Shown: positions 24,140 through 35,934 of the stretch, one piece after another | How the letters are laid out: each line of letters opens with the position of its first letter | How positions within the stretch are numbered: the first letter of the stretch is position 1 | From: Mobula hypostoma | Taxonomy: Eukaryota | NCBI RefSeq assembly: GCF_963921235.1 | Contig: NC_086107.1 | Location: 105,898,001-105,962,000, forward strand | Length of the DNA stretch: 64,000 nt | Reading direction: 5' to 3' | The notes under the pieces: model-generated | The model's database searches: none | Seen by the model: the letters and a program-made list of their open reading frames with translations, nothing else | What the model was told of the DNA's origin: nothing | Translations under genes and position numbers: made by a program

Positions 24140-24640
24140 AGCCTGTGTTGGCGACTGTCCAGAGGAGATTCAGGAGCATGATCCGGGAATGAAAGGGTTA
24201 ATGCACGAGGCGCGTTTGATGGCTTTGGGCCTGTGGTCAGTGGAGTTTAGAAGAATAAGTGACGACACAATTGAAATAATGAAAGGCCTAGATAGAGTGG
24301 ACGTGGAGAGAATGTTTCCTCTAGTGGGGGAGTCTAGGACCAGAAGGCACAACCTCAGAATGCAAGGATGTCCCTTCAGAACAGACGTGAGGAGGAATTT
24401 CGTTAACTAGAGGGTGTTGTATCTGTACAACTCATTACCACAGTCAGCTGAGGAGGCTTAGTCATTGGGTGTATTCAAAGCGAAGGTTGATAGGATCTTG
24501 ATTGGTAAGGGAATCAAAGGTTATGGGGAGAAGGCTAGAGAATGGGGTTGAGAGGGAAAATAAATCAGCCATGATGGAATGGTGGAGCAGACTCGATGGA
24601 CCGAATGGCCTCGCTCTGCTCCCATGTCTTATGGTCTTAC
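24140..24640 (+). mobile_element. CR1-type LINE 3' fragment
   Basis: Encodes PGMKGLMHEARLMALGLWSVEFRR...KGLDRVDVERMFPLVGESRTR, followed by the CR1 3' UTR. Confidence 0.75.
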
Positions 24641-25985
24641 GGACAAGCCATCCATTTTGGGTCAAATCTGAAATCCTGGTCATCTGAGTGAGGTTTAAAG
24701 GGGATGCTGGTGTGGGTGGAGAGACAGAGGCTTCTGGAATAAATTCCAGAGCTATAGGTCTCCCCAGCTGAAGGCATGGCTGCTGTAGGTCGGAAAGAAT
24801 GATGGAGAGTGCAGAACTAGAGGAGCACGGAGCTCTCAGGAGATTGTAGAGGGTCAACAGTGGTGAAACTAGTCAGACGTGCAGAGTAGCAGAGTTGGAG
24901 GTGATTAAGTCTTGCTGGGAGGAAGGTTAAGAGAAGGAACAGAGACAGGGAGGGTAGCAAGAATTATTCATGTTAAATGTCCATTTCCCTTCTGCTAAGA
25001 AGGGTTGTTCTGATGTGGGCATAAATTGAGAAAGTTTCAAAACTTTCCCGTAGCCGAACTAGTATGTAAACCTCTTTACTGAATCAATAGTGACTCACTA
25101 AATACATCAGTCAGTTCTGTAATGAAGTGCACTCTACAACCTTCCACTGATCCACAAAGGGAATACAGTCTCCAGACCAGCCACAGAGTACACACAAGCC
25201 TTGGTACATACTGGAGAGTGGAATTTCTGACAACTTCCTCTCCACCATCCTTCACCTAGCTCCACCATCCTTCACCTAGCTCCAGTCACTCTCCCAAACG
25301 TCAATTCCCTCTTGCAATCTACTCTCCATCTTCCCTTCTCCCAGTCTCTATCTACCTATCCTTCTGAATTCCATCTGCCCCACTTCCACCCATCTCCCTC
25401 CTTCTCCCAACCTATCTCCTGTCATTCCTATTCTCTCATCCATCCACGTGTTTATTTAGAGATACAGCGTGGAATTGGCCCTTCCGGACCTTTGACCAGC
25501 CACCCCTGAAAACCCTGAATTAACCCTAACCTAATCACGGTACGATTTACAATGACCAATGAACCTACTGGGATAATTTGTACCGTACCCTACAATTTTA
25601 ATTTGGCTCTTTACTTTGTTTATCTATGCGTAATTCTTACTTTCTTAAGTTATTGTGTGTTATGTGTACTATTGTGTTTCACACCCTGCTCTGGAGAAAC
25701 GTTGTCTAGTTTAGGGTTGTACGCCTATACAGTTAAGTGACAGTAAACTTGACTTGACTTTGGACTGCAGGAGGAAACAGGAGCACCTGGAGAAGGACAT
25801 GCAGAGACCTCTTGGAGAAGAAGCTGGAATCGAACTCCAAACTCTGACTACCCAAGCTGTAATAGCGTTGCACTAATCACAACACCACCTCTCCATCCTT
25901 TAGATATATAGATAGACATACTTTATTGATCCTGAGGGAAATTGGGTTTCGTTACAGTTGCATTAACCAAGAATAGAGTATAAAA

Positions 25986-26452
25986 CCTTGCAGAGGGTGG
26001 TTAGGGGAGCAGAGAAGGTTATTGGGGTCTCCCTACCTTCTGTCCAAGACCTCTTTCACAGTCGATGCCTCCAGAAGACACGGTACATCATTAAAGACCC
26101 CTCACACCCTCTCCATGAACTGTTTGTTCTTCTGCCATCAGGCAAACGTTACAGGAGCATCAAAACTAAAACCACAAGGCTACTAAACAGCTTCCTCCCA
26201 CAGGCAGTCAGACTGCTAAATAGCTGCTCTACCTGACTCTGCTTTGGACACTTTTAACTTGCACTGGACACTTATAACTGATTTTAACTGACATGTGGCT
26301 GTTGTGTTTTACTATTTATCGTTATGTTTATTATTTAGTGTTGCATTTGTTATGTTATGATTGCACTGCCCCTGAGAAACGCTGTCTCATTCTGCCCCGC
26401 AGAGCTGATGTACGGTCAGAATGACAATAAAGTTTTTTGATTTGATTTGATT
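25986..26452 (+). mobile_element. Rex1/Babar-type LINE 3' end nested in an older element
   Basis: ORF QRVVRGAEKVIG...IIKDPSHPLHELFVLLPSGKRYRSIKTKTTRLLNSFLPQAVRLLN, then AATAAA and a (TTTGA)n tail. Confidence 0.75.
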
Positions 26453-28319
26453 AAATATAGCAATATAAAACCATAAATAATTAAATAATAGCATGTAAGT
26501 TATGCCAGATGAAAATAAGTCCAGGACCAGCCTATTGGTTCAGAGTGGGAGGAGTCGTAAAGTTTGATGGCCACAGGCAGGAATGACTTCCTATCCTTCT
26601 TTCCCTCTATTCACTCCTCTCCCAATCTATCTATTTCTTCTGATCGCCAATCTCTGTCCCTTTCTTTTCTGATTCACATATATTCCCTCTACTGATCTTC
26701 ATCCGTCCTATCCCATAATTATTCTCCATTCCTGCTCCTCTTTGCTGTCCACCTGGAAAGCGGGAAGGGCTAGAACTGGCCATGGTGAACTTTGCGAATA
26801 AATAGCCCACCCAAATGCCCCATCTGGAGCGCCACACACTCAGAAAGTAATGGTTCCTGAAGGTCTCCCTTACTGGGCGAGCTGACTTCGAATAAGAATT
26901 GGTGTCTTTCAGGAAGAGTGTGGGAATAAGAATCAAAATCAGGTTTAATATCACTGTAAGATTGTAGCTTTGTGGCAGCAGTACAGTGCAATACATTTTA
27001 AAAAAGCTATAAATTACAATTTAAAATATGTGTTTATAAAATTTAAATTAAATAAGTATTACAAAAAGAGAACGACGTAATGCTTGGGCATTGGTCCATT
27101 GTCCATTCAGAAGCTTGACGGCAGAGGGGAAGAGGCTGTTCCTAAAGCTTTGTGTGTGTATGTTCAGGGTCCTGTACGTGCATCCTGATGGTAGTAATAA
27201 GAGGAGGGCGTACTCTGGGTGATGGGAGTCCTTAATAATGGTTGCCACCTTTTTTGAGACATTGCCTTTTGAAGATGTCCCCGATACTGGGGAGGATAGT
27301 GCCCATGATGGAAATAGGATTGGGGATTTTTTTTTTAAATATCCCAGGAAGTCCATGGAGTGTGTTGTGCTAACTTGGAGATGGAACGCCGGGATAATGT
27401 GGACTCACTGGACAAGGTCTTTCGGGCTGTTGTTGAGCACAGACTCTCTTAGCTTTCTCCAACAAAGAGTGGGCCTGTTTATTGACAAACGCCAACTTAC
27501 TTTGGACTCCAAATGGAACTGTAATCCTCATTGAATATACCTACTCAACACACGGCTAGATGCTATTGAGCTTTTCTTGGGTATAATGTGAACTTCGTCC
27601 CAAATGCCAGTCTCACATATTGGTCAAATGGAAACTGGGAATGAGTACTGGCATTGGTCCAGGAACCTTTTTCTTCCCTCAGGCGTTAAACCGTAAGGTA
27701 TAGGAGCAAACTGAGGCCATTCAGCCCATTGAGCCTGCTTCACCATTTGACCATGGCTGATTTATTATCCCCCTCAACCCCGTTCTCCTGCCTTCTCTCT
27801 GCAACCTTTGACGCCCTGACTGACGAAGAAGCTGTCAATCTCTGCTTTAAATATACCCACTGGCTTGGCTGTCTGCAGCAAGGAATTCCACAGTTTCCCC
27901 ACTCTCTAGCTAAAGAAATTCCTTCTCATCTCTTGCCAAAAAAACAGAACCACAGTACGGACCTCTTGGCCAACGACGTTGTGCTGACCTCTTAACCTAT
28001 TTCAAGATCAATCCAACCCTTTCCTCCCACGTAACCTTCCACTTTTCTTTCACCGTGTGTCTATCTAATGTCCCTAATGTGTCTGCCTCTACCACTACCC
28101 CTGGCAGCTCAATCCATGCACCTAGCACTCTCTGTTTCCCAAACCTATCTCTGACATCCCTCTAGACTTTCCTCTAATCACCTTAATAGTATGTCCTCTA
28201 GTATTGGCCATTAACAAACTGGGTAAAAGTCACTGCCTGTCCACTCTGTCTCTACCTCTTATCATAAAAATTAGGCTTTTAGCAGCAGTAGCCCAGTATT
28301 TTATAGAAATGACAAACCT

Positions 28320-28823
28320 CCTGTAGCTAATAAATTGGGCACTGAGTGTATGTTTATGGTCCTCTGCTGCCGTCGCTCATCTGTTTAAAGGTTCGACATG
28401 TTGTGCGTTCAGAGATGCTCTTCTGCACACCACTGTTGTAACGTGTGGTTATCTGAGTTACTGTCACCAGTCTGGCCATTCTCCTCTGACCTCGCCCCCA
28501 AAATTGCCACTCAGTGAATGTTTTTTTTGTTTTTCCCACCATTCTCTGTAAACTCTAGAGACAGTTGTGCATGAAAATCCCAAGATATCAGCAGCTTCTG
28601 AGATACGCAAACCACCCCATCTGGCACCAACAATCATTCCATGGTCAAAGTCACTTGGATCACATTTCTTCCCCATTCTGATGATTGGTCTGAACAACAA
28701 CTGAACCTCTTGACCGTGTCTGCATGCTTTTATGCATTGAGTTGCTGCCACATGATTGGCTGATTAGATGTTTGCATTAACAAGCAGGTGTACAGGTGTA
28801 CCTATTAAGGAGGCCACTGAGTG
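28320..28823 (-). mobile_element. Tc1-like non-autonomous element
   Basis: TIR CACTCAGTGGCC...; encodes a Tc1 N-terminal HTH remnant MGKKCDPSDFDHGMIVGARWGGLRISEAADILGFSCTTVSRVYREW. Confidence 0.8.
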
Positions 28824-29153
28824 TAAATGAATACATTTCTACATCCCAAGATGTGCTCCCTTCACCCTGCCACCACCTACAATCCTTTGATTTATCTGTT
28901 GCAGTCCCAAGACCTTAGCCCGGGCTCCACTTTGAGCCGGGGCACAAAGGCCGCAAAAGTTGGCATTCACCCGTCCTCCGACACCTGGCCCGTCCCAAAC
29001 CCACCCAGAGCACTGGCAATGCACAGATGGAGGGCTGCAACAGTGTCCTCCCCGCCCACCACCTCCCGGCACCGGGCGGTAACCCACCAACGGGTCAGGC
29101 TCCGGTCTTGGGGATCCCGGGGACCGGAAGGAATGGTTGTAGGTCGTACTCAC

Positions 29154-29211
29154 GTCTACCGTGGCTCACGGCCAGCAGCCCCAGCAGGGCGACGAACAGC
29201 AAGACCTTCAT
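29154..29211 (-). CDS. Exon 1 coding part: signal peptide MKVLLFVALLGLLAVSHG-R, phase-1 donor
   Basis: AGAAC ATG (A at -3), basic residue 2, hydrophobic core, S-H-G cleavage motif, donor AGA C|GTGAGT, and TATAAAA about 80 bp upstream of the ATG. Phase matches exon 2. Confidence 0.85.
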
Positions 29212-29288
29212 GTTCTTCTGCCTCTATCTCTCCTTTTCTGAGTGGGACACTTGTGTGATCTCTAATGGTGTGGAGCAGAGCTCCCGCC

Positions 29289-29295
29289 TTTTATA
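29289..29295 (-). promoter_or_regulatory. TATA box (TATAAAA) of the Asp/Ser-rich gene; predicted TSS near 29265
   Basis: Minus strand reads gagTATAAAAggcggg. The spacing gives a 5' UTR of about 55 nt with no upstream ATG. Confidence 0.75.
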
Positions 29296-29378
29296 CTCTG
29301 CCCAGTCACAGATGCCCCATTGAAGGCGGTAGGGTCACGTAGCGACTGTGGCCAAGCAGGCCAGGGAGACGGAAGGAT

Positions 29379-29385
29379 TGTGGTT
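29379..29385 (-). promoter_or_regulatory. RUNX/OSE2 consensus AACCACA in the proximal promoter
   Basis: Exact 7-mer about 85 bp upstream of the TATA box; function inferred only. Confidence 0.4.
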
Positions 29386-29780
29386 TCCCACACCACCAGT
29401 AATTCCAGAAAACCCCAATCTCTAGATCGTAATTACAGTTTTGTGAAGGCTGCCAACACCTACCAGAGCAGCAAGCAGCAATACGGAAAACAAGGCGGAA
29501 AGTGGAGAAGACTTACTAATTATCGCTTCTGCATCTTGTGGAACTTATGACAGTCACTATTGTTTTAACTTCAGACTTCATCTCAAGTTGTTTATCTCAT
29601 TCACTTGTCCCTGCCTCCTCCGTCAGAGAGGATGTTGCATCCTGATGCTTCGATTCATTTTGCTCCAATGAAACCCCGTCCATTAGCAGAGAGCGTGACG
29701 TGTGTAATCCAGGCAGGTGCCCCCCGGTGCCAGAGCTGAAAGAGGCAGAAACCATCAGACATACAGTCATTGATGTGAGA

Positions 29781-30220
29781 CTGAGGGAGTGCCTCACTGT
29801 CAGAGGGACGGTACCGAGAGAGTGCCTCACTGTCAGAGGGACGGTACCGAGGGAGTGCCTCACTGTCAGAGGGACGGTACCGAGGGAGTGTCTCACTGTC
29901 GGAGGGACAGTACCGAGGGAGTGTCACACTGTCGGAGGGACAGTACCGAGGGAGTGTCTCACTGTCGGAGGGACAGTACCGAGGGAGTGTCTCACTGTCG
30001 GAGGGACGGTACCGAGGGAGTGTCTCACTGTCGGAGGGACAGTACTGAGGGAGTGTCTCACTGTCAGAGGGACAGTTTGAAGGAGTGTCACACTGTCAGA
30101 GGGACGGTACTGAGGGAGTGTCTCACTGTCAGAGGGACAGTATTGAGGGAGTGTCACACTGTCAGAAGGACAGTATTGAGGGAGTGTCTCACTGTCAGAG
30201 GGACAGTACTGAGGGAGTGC
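29781..30220 (+). repeat. 33-bp minisatellite (about 13 units) GAGGGAGTGTCTCACTGTCGGAGGGACAGTACC
   Basis: 11-aa periodicity in ORFs (ECLTVGGTVPR); units directly visible. Confidence 0.92.
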
Positions 30221-31851
30221 TTCACTCTCCTCAGTAACAAAACTGAGGTTCTGTCCAATGTCTTGAGTGGACGTAAAAGATTCCTAGCCAAGTGGAGGAA
30301 AGTTGGGGAGTTCTGTTCATGTGCAGTGGGCAATGTTCAGTACTCAATGTTTAGTTCATATTTAGAAGAACTGGGATGGCTGTAACACATTTGTTTGCAT
30401 CTAGCACCCTCTGCACTGTCCCATCAAACACCCCCGGCACATGAACTGTATGGGTTAGATAGAGTGAAAATCCCTCCACACCATGACCGCACTCCGAGCA
30501 CAAGGACATAGGTTAGAAACATAGCACAAAAACAAGTCCTTTGGCCCATCTGCTATGTGACAAACTATTATTCTGCCTCGTCCCAACGGCTCATACCTGG
30601 GCCAATCCCCTCCATTCCCCTCCCATCCAAGTACTTACCCAAACTTACATTTAATGTTGCAATTGAACCCACAGCCACCATTTCCACTGGCAGCTTGTCC
30701 CACACTCACACCCCCCTTAAGGTGTTCCCCCTCAGGTTCCCCTTAAATATTTCACCTTTCACCTTTCGTCTATGACCTCTAGCTCTAGTCTCACTCTACC
30801 ACAGAGGAAAAAGTCTGCTTGCATTTACCCTATCAACACCCCTCATCATTTTACATTCCTCCATCAAATCTCCTCTTATTCGCCTGCATTCCAGGAAGTA
30901 AAGTCCGAACCCTTTCAACCTTTCCCTGTGACACACATCCTCAAGTCCCAGCAACATCCTTATAAATCCATAGTTCTGTTATGGTTATTATTATATTTTG
31001 GATTTATTGAGAATGCCCACAAGAAAATGAGACAATGAATCTCAGGGTTGTATATGGTGACATATATGTACTTTGATAATACCATTGACTTTGAACTTTG
31101 AACTTCGAGTACTCGTTACCTACCTAGAAGAAAGCAATCAGTAAGGTTGAACAAATACAGGGAAAGTTTACTTGGATGTTGTTGAGACTACAAATTTGAC
31201 CTCACAACTTTAACATAACATCTCATCTCCTATATTCAAGTGTCCAGATGACGGGTCTCGGCCTGAAATGTTGACTGTTTATTCCTCTCCACAGATGCTG
31301 CCTGACCTCTTGAGCTCCTCCAGCATTTTGTGTGTGTTGCTCCAGATTTCCAGCATCTGCAGAATCTCTTGTCTTTGTGATCTGTACTCATTACTCTGAC
31401 TTATGAAAAACTTTTGAAAGCCAAGTTTGGACATAGATTTAAGCCCTCTCTACACAGTCCCACCCACTACTCACAGCTCATGAACAGTATGGGTTAGACA
31501 CAGAGAAAAACTCCATCTCCACTGTCCCATCAAACAGGCCTGGCGCAGGGAATATACAGGCTGGACACAAAATAAATCTCCCTTTGTACTCTCCCTTTAA
31601 ACATGCCCAGTACATTGACTGTACAAGCGAGACACAGACGATCAAGTTTATTGTCATTTAACTATATGCATATATACCGTCCAATGCAACAATGTTTCTC
31701 CGAACCAGGGTGTAAAGCACAGTGTACACATAACACACAATAACTTGTGAAAGTAAGGATAAAATCTACAAATGAATTATGCATTAATGGACTAAGTAAA
31801 GTGCATAAATTAAATACTATAAGGTACAGAACAGATTAACCAGTGACACTT

Positions 31852-32465
31852 TGAATCTCCCAGTGGCCACACATTTTAATTCCACATCCCATTCCCATTC
31901 TGACATGTCTATCCACGGCCTCCTCTACTGTAAAGATGAAGCCACACTCAGGTTGGAGGAACAACACCTTATATTCCGTCTGGGTAGCCTGCAACCTGAT
32001 GGCATGAACATTGACTTCTCAAACTTCCACTAATGCCCCACCTCCCCCTCGTACCCCATCCGTTATTTATTTATATACACACATTCTTTCTCTCTCTCTC
32101 CTTTTTCTCCCTCTGTCCCTCTCACTATACCCCTTGCCCATCCTCTGGAATTTTCCCCCCTCCCCCTTTTCCTTCTCCTTGGGCCTGCTGTCCCATGATC
32201 CTCTCATATCCCTTTTGCCAATCACCTGTCCAGCTCTTGGCTCCATCCCTCCCCCTCCTGTCTTCTCCTGTGATTTTGGATCTCCCCTTCCCCCTCCCAC
32301 TTTCAAATCTCTTACTATCTCTTCCTTCAGTTAGTCCTGACGAAGGGTCTTGGCCTGAAACGTCGACTGTACCTCTTCCTAGAGATGCTGCCTGGCCTGC
32401 TGCATTCACCAGCAACTTTGATGTGTATTGCTTGAATTTCCAGCATCTGCAGAATTCCTCGTGTT
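31852..32465 (+). mobile_element. Penelope-like element 3' fragment (GIY-YIG C-terminus plus terminal repeat)
   Basis: LPVATHFNSTSHSHSDMSIHGLLYC..EATLRLEEQHLIFRLGSLQPDGMN; near-identical to 41920-42700. Confidence 0.85.
32333..32368 (+). ncRNA. Minimal type-I hammerhead ribozyme motif in a Penelope end
   Basis: AGTC-CTGACGA-A-GGG tcttgg CCT-GAAA-CG-TC-GACT: core boxes, stem I AGTC/GACT, stem II, palindromic ACGT stem III, GUC cleavage triplet. Confidence 0.65.
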
Positions 32466-34278
32466 TACACTTTGAATACAATGTGATAAGGAGTTCAGAA
32501 GCCTAATGGCCTGAGGGAAGAAACTGTTTCTCATCCTGACCATTCTTGTTTTTATGCATCGGAGTCTCCTCCCTGATGGTAGAACGTCAAAGAGGATGCT
32601 GGATGGATGGGAGGGTTCTTTAATTATACTAAGGGCTCTGTGCATGCAACACTCCTGATAAATTTCCCCGATGGATGGTAGGGGGTCCTCTATAATCGCT
32701 CAGCTGTTCTCACAGTCCTTCGTATGGACGTCTGGTCCAACGTTCTGCTGCTCCCATACCAGATGGAGATGCAACTTGTCAGGGCGCTCTCTGTGGTGGG
32801 CCTATAAAATTCAAGCTTCAAATTAAAGCTTTTTCTACACCATCTGACCAAACAAAAACAAAGCATGGATGTACAAGTTAAACATAATGATCTCTCTTCA
32901 CCGTCCGATATACAATCACAACGCAGGGAAATACAAGTTAAACGTAACAATCTTTCTATGCCATTCCATAAACACTTGCAGTTCGGGGAACATAAAGTTG
33001 AACATAGAGTAAAGATATCCCTGCTCCATCCCATCAGACACACCTGGGCAGGTACAAATGGGTTAGACACAGACTGAGATTCCTCCTACACTGTCCTGTC
33101 AAAAGCTCCCAGTGCAAGAGCAGATGGAGAGTAAAGATCTATTGATCTAATATTCAGTTTTCATCTAATATCCATAAACACTGACTACTTGCCCAGTTTG
33201 TCCCACTCCCATCAGGGAGGAGGCTATGAAGCATCCACGTCAGGACCACCAGACTCGAAAACAGTTACTTTCCCCAAGCAGTAAGGCTGATCGACACCTC
33301 CACCCATTAACCCATTCCTCCACAACCCCCCCCCCACCCATCACTATTACTTTGTCATTTCCTGTCAGAGTTTCCTTACGTACAGACACTCCTGTGCCTA
33401 ACGTCACTTTACGGACACACAATCAGAATCAGGGTTAATATCACCGGCGTATGTTGTGAAAATTGTTGTCTTTGCGGCAGCAGTACAATGTAATACACAA
33501 AAATAGAAAAAAAGACATGAATTACAGTAAATATATATACTGTATATAAAGTAGTTAAATTAAATAAGGAGTGCAAAAATAGAAATAAGAAAGACGCGAG
33601 GTAGTCATGGATCCCATCTACAGTATGTATATAAGCTATCTCATGGATTTATATTTATTGTGTTCTTTTTTTAATTATTGTGTTTTTTATCTTGTTGTGT
33701 TTTTTTTCTGTGCTGCTTCGGATCCAGAGTAACAAATAACTTGTTCTCCTTTACACTTGTGTACTGGAAATGACATTAAGCAATCTTGAATCTTGAAACG
33801 GTGCATGTGGTTGAACAATCTCAAGGCATGAGTTCAAATCCCACCATGGCAGTTGGAGATTTTAACTTCAGTGGATTACATAATTCTGGAGTAAAGATGA
33901 AGGATCCAGTCAGGGTGAGAGTGAAATTGGGAGAGTGATGCAGAAACTTCTCTGGGTCACCAGCGATCTGTCGGTGAGGTAAGTCTTCCATCATAGACCC
34001 CTCAGGCTCCCACGTGTGACAGCAGAACCACGATATTTATATATATGGCTTCCGAGAGAGCCTATCGCAAGACATTCACTTGGATAAACAACTATCAGAT
34101 TAAAACACAAGCTATTCCAAAAGGTGACTCACCAGAAATTTCTCCAGGGCAAAACAGGTTTGAGAGTCAACAGCAATCTTGCCAGCAATGGGCGCACCCT
34201 GTAAATATAAAACAAATCCCCGATTTGTTGCTTGTGGGTTCGTGCTCAGCAAAGACTTGTTGCTCCTTTGATCCCTTA

Positions 34279-34788
34279 AGGCTGATTTATACTTCTGCAT
34301 CAACTGGACACCGTAGGTACGGCGTCACCGTGAACCCTACGCAGAGCCTACGCGGATCCCTACGCCGTAGCCTGACGCGCACTTCTCCCAAAATGTAACT
34401 ACGCATTGCGGCAACGCAGACCGCAACAGCTGTGATTGGCCCGCTTGGTAGCATCGCATTTCATCCTGCGCTGCAATAGCTTCCCATTGGGCGACTGAAG
34501 GGCAGGGAAGGAACTCTGGCTGCAATGCTTTCCATAAAGCTTTACAGACCTCCCAAATTATGGAGGACACGTTTCGCTTTTACAAAAAAAGACGCTCGCT
34601 TCTTGTTACCCCGAGAAAGACTACCATGACCGTGAAGCCTTGCACGGGCAGGTGTGTGCGCATGCGTGACGTGTGTGAATTGCAGAGCGACGCAGACACA
34701 CCAACGCACAAGTATAAATGCTCACAGCGTGCGTAAGTCACTTGCGTGGGTTACGGCGTGGAGTTGACGCACAAGTATAAATCAGCCT
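34279..34788 (-). mobile_element. PIF/Harbinger internally deleted element
   Basis: 16-bp TIRs AGGCTGATTTATACTT / AAGTATAAATCAGCCT, TTA target duplication on both sides, and a transposase remnant [32 protein letters not shown]. Confidence 0.85.
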
Positions 34789-35327
34789 TTACCATGAGAC
34801 TATAAGACACAGGATTAGAATGAGGCCATTCAGCCCATTGAGTTTCTGCCACCATTCCATCATGGCTGACTTAGTATCCCTCTCAACCCCATTCTCCTGT
34901 CTTCTCCCAGTAACCCTCAACACCCTTGCTAATCAAGAACCTATCGTCCTCTGCCTTTACCCAATGACTTGGCCTGCACAGCAATCAATTCCACAGATTT
35001 ACTACTCTCTGGCTAAAGAAATTTTTCCTCATCTTGTTCTAAACAACTATCCTTCAATTCTGAGCCTGTGCCCTTGGGTCCTAGAGTGCCACACGATAGG
35101 AAACATCCTCTCCACACCCACTTTATCCAGACCTTTCAACATTCAGTAAGTTTCAATAAGATCTCTCCTCATTCTTCTAAACTCCAGTGAGTTCAGGCCC
35201 ATAGTTATCAAACTCTCCTAACGTGTTAACCCTTTCATTCCTGGGATCATTCTCTCTTTTCTTAGATAAGAGGCCCAAAACTGCTCACAATGCTGCAAGT
35301 GCAGTCTGACAACCTCTCTTCAATCAT

Positions 35328-35625
35328 ACACTTAATAGCCACTTTATTAAGGTACATCTGTACACCTGCTTGTTAATGCAAATATCTAATCAGCCAATCA
35401 TGTGGCAGCAACTCAATGCATAAAAGCATGTAAACGTGGTCAAGAAATTTGGTTGTTGTTCAGACTAAACATCAGAATGGGGAAGAAATGTAATCTAAGT
35501 GACTTAGATCGTAGAATGATTCCTGGTGCCAGACAGGGTGGTTTGAGTATCTCAGAAACTACTGAGACCTTGAGATTTTCACACACACAACAATCTCTAG
35601 AGTTTACAAAGAATGGTGCATAAAA
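35328..35625 (+). mobile_element. Tc1-like element, left part, followed by (GT)n at 35630-35668
   Basis: Same family as 28320-28823 (MGKKCNLSDLDRRMIPGARQGGLSISET). Confidence 0.75.
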
Positions 35626-35627
35626 CA

Positions 35628-35669
<42 letters not shown>

Positions 35670-35934
35670 ACGTACTTGCAATTGTTCAGTGTACAGGTAT
35701 AGTATCCAACTACTCTCTCAAGTATTTTGAACAAAATAGTTGAGAGGGAGAGATTTTCTGGGATTATTAATTTTTTCCCCCACTCAGCATCATTTTATTC
35801 GGATTAACTGCCCATCATCACGCTGGACTTTGCTGGAGTTTTTTCCCCATTGTGATGCCAACATTACAACAGTTATCACAAAACCCATGAGGCTCTTTGG
35901 GATGTTCAAAGTAAATTTATTATCAAAACACATA

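Noticed and set aside
15753..29211. Assigning the symbol DSPP, DMP1 or stm
   Set aside because: The similarity is compositional only. Intron phases and exon layout differ from SCPP genes and orthology cannot be shown here.
29597..30385. ORFs with 11-aa repeats (ECLTVGGTVPR), also at 37835-38563
   Set aside because: Translations of a 33-bp minisatellite, open in several frames on both strands, with no splice or start context.
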